A stretch of DNA of 64,000 nucleotides from an uncultured Candidatus Saccharibacteria bacterium (lineage in GTDB: Bacteria; Patescibacteriota; Doudnabacteria; UBA920): the NCBI GenBank assembly GCA_964416765.1, contig CAYQEU010000001.1, forward strand, positions 1,675-65,674. The letters are read 5' to 3'. Below are positions 63,269 through 64,000 of the stretch, piece after piece; position 1 is the stretch's first letter, and every line of letters begins with the position of its first letter. A model generated the notes under the pieces. It made no database searches. It was not told where the DNA came from and was given only the letters and a program-made list of their open reading frames with translations. A program made the position numbers and the translations under genes.

Positions 63269-63592
63269 ATGGCCCAAGAACAACAGGCTCCCAACGGAGC
63301 GCAACAGCAAATCCAGCTAAAAATTAGTGACGAAGTCATGCAGGGAGTTTACTCCAACATGGCCCAAATCAGCCACACCCAGGAAGAATTCTTCCTGGAT
63401 TTCATGAATATTTTCTTTGGGCAACAGCCGCCGACCGGGAGTATTGCCAGCCGCGTTATCATCAGCCCCGCGCACATGAAGCGGTTGGTTGGAGCAATGC
63501 AGGAGAACATCAAGCGGTATGAAACCCAGTTTGGCGAGATTCCAGACAATACAGGCCCCCAAAACAGTAATTTCGGCTTCAGGACAGAATAG
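63269..63592 (+). CDS. DUF3467-like protein (107 aa) sitting between dnaK and dnaJ.
   Basis: VYSNMAQISHTQEEFFLDFMNIF....ASRVIISPAHMKRLVGAMQENIKRYETQFGEI matches the DUF3467 core pattern. Confidence 0.6.
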   Translation: MAQEQQAPNGAQQQIQLKISDEVMQGVYSNMAQISHTQEEFFLDFMNIFFGQQPPTGSIASRVIISPAHMKRLVGAMQENIKRYETQFGEIPDNTGPQNSNFGFRTE

Positions 63593-63595
63593 TTA

Positions 63596-64000
63596 ATGGC
63601 AAAAAATTTCTACGAAATATTGGGCGTGGCGAAAACCGCCAGCGCCGATGAAATAAAAAAAGCTTACCGCAAGCTGGCCCACAAATATCATCCCGACAAA
63701 GGAAAAGGGAACGAAGAAAAGTTTAAGGAAGTTAACGAAGCCTACCAGGTTTTGTCTGACAGCAAGAAACGTTCCCAGTACGATGCGTTTGGTGAAAACT
63801 ACCAGCAGGCCGGCGGGTACAACCCGGGCGCGGGCTATGGAGCCGGCGGCTTTGGCGGTTTTGATTTTGGCGGCTTTGGCCAGGGCGGTTACCAGGGCAA
63901 CGTTGATTTTGATTTTGGCGAAATATTCAGTGATATTTTTGGCAACAGTTCAACCCGGGCTGACCGTCGGGCTCGCGGCATAGATTTGGAAATGCCTGTC
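63596..64000 (+). CDS. dnaJ: Chaperone DnaJ, 3'-truncated by the window edge (J domain and Gly/Phe-rich region present).
   Basis: [55 protein letters not shown] contains the HPD motif, followed by a [14 protein letters not shown] region. The frame is open to the end of the window. Confidence 0.85.
   Translation, partial: MAKNFYEILGVAKTASADEIKKAYRKLAHKYHPDKGKGNEEKFKEVNEAYQVLSDSKKRSQYDAFGENYQQAGGYNPGAGYGAGGFGGFDFGGFGQGGYQGNVDFDFGEIFSDIFGNSSTRADRRARGIDLEMPV

Noticed and set aside
1-64000. CRISPR arrays, rRNA, tmRNA, RNase P RNA, SRP RNA.
   Set aside because: No regularly spaced direct repeats. I saw no rRNA or tmRNA hallmark sequences (e.g. tRNA-Ala-like tmRNA ends, the GGAAAGUCCGG P4 motif, the GGAAGCAGCC SRP motif) in the intergenic regions inspected by eye. 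A covariance-model scan was not possible.

Overview
This window is chromosomal DNA of a small-genome bacterium at about 49% GC. Standard code 11 applies, since TGA is used as a stop. The content looks like a CPR/Patescibacteria-type organism, but that is an inference from gene content and I ran no search. I found no rRNA genes, CRISPR arrays, transposases or integrases. Two tRNAs are on the minus strand: tRNA-Glu(UUC) at 28602..28676 and tRNA-Leu(CAG) at 47578..47665.

Giant surface proteins. The first 11.2 kb is two tandem genes for giant secreted proteins. The first is at least 1431 aa and truncated at the 5' window edge; it carries tail-fibre-like GxGIGT repeats. The second is 2251 aa and contains three copies of an extremely glycine-rich domain, many beta-solenoid-like Ser/Thr/Gly repeats, and a DUF2341 plus LamG-like module.

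Type IV pilin genes. There are three prepilin-type (FTLIELL N-terminus) genes. Two of them sit in paralogous two-gene cassettes together with a small membrane protein that carries an EEG(L/V)DFS motif. The third has dockerin-like C-terminal repeats. One pilin heads a tightly overlapping six-gene, all-membrane operon that includes a CDP-archaeol-synthase-like (CarS/DUF46-like) protein and a membrane protein with an HExxH motif. Separately, an 855-aa secreted delta-60-type beta-propeller protein ends in two pilin-headgroup-like domains.

Other gene modules:
- A NitT/TauT-type ABC permease and ATPase pair with no adjacent binding protein.
- An OmpR/histidine-kinase two-component pair.
- A cytoplasmic Cu/Zn superoxide dismutase.
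- An ECF sigma factor overlapping an anti-sigma-like membrane protein.
- A csoR-like regulator, trxB with a Met-rich tail, a riboflavin kinase and an EamA transporter in one operon, sitting behind a promoter with a C6-ATA-G6 palindromic operator.
- The rpsF-ssb-rpsR operon, transcribed from a long structured leader.
- A CIRCE-regulated hrcA-grpE-dnaK-DUF3467-dnaJ operon.

Housekeeping genes include gdh, efp, ychF, a eukaryotic-type phosphomannomutase, mscL with a C-terminal zinc ribbon, trpS, RNase J, secG, uvrC and uvrA. At least two mRNAs (hrcA and an FAD-dependent oxidoreductase gene) appear to be leaderless, and many intrinsic terminators are bidirectional.
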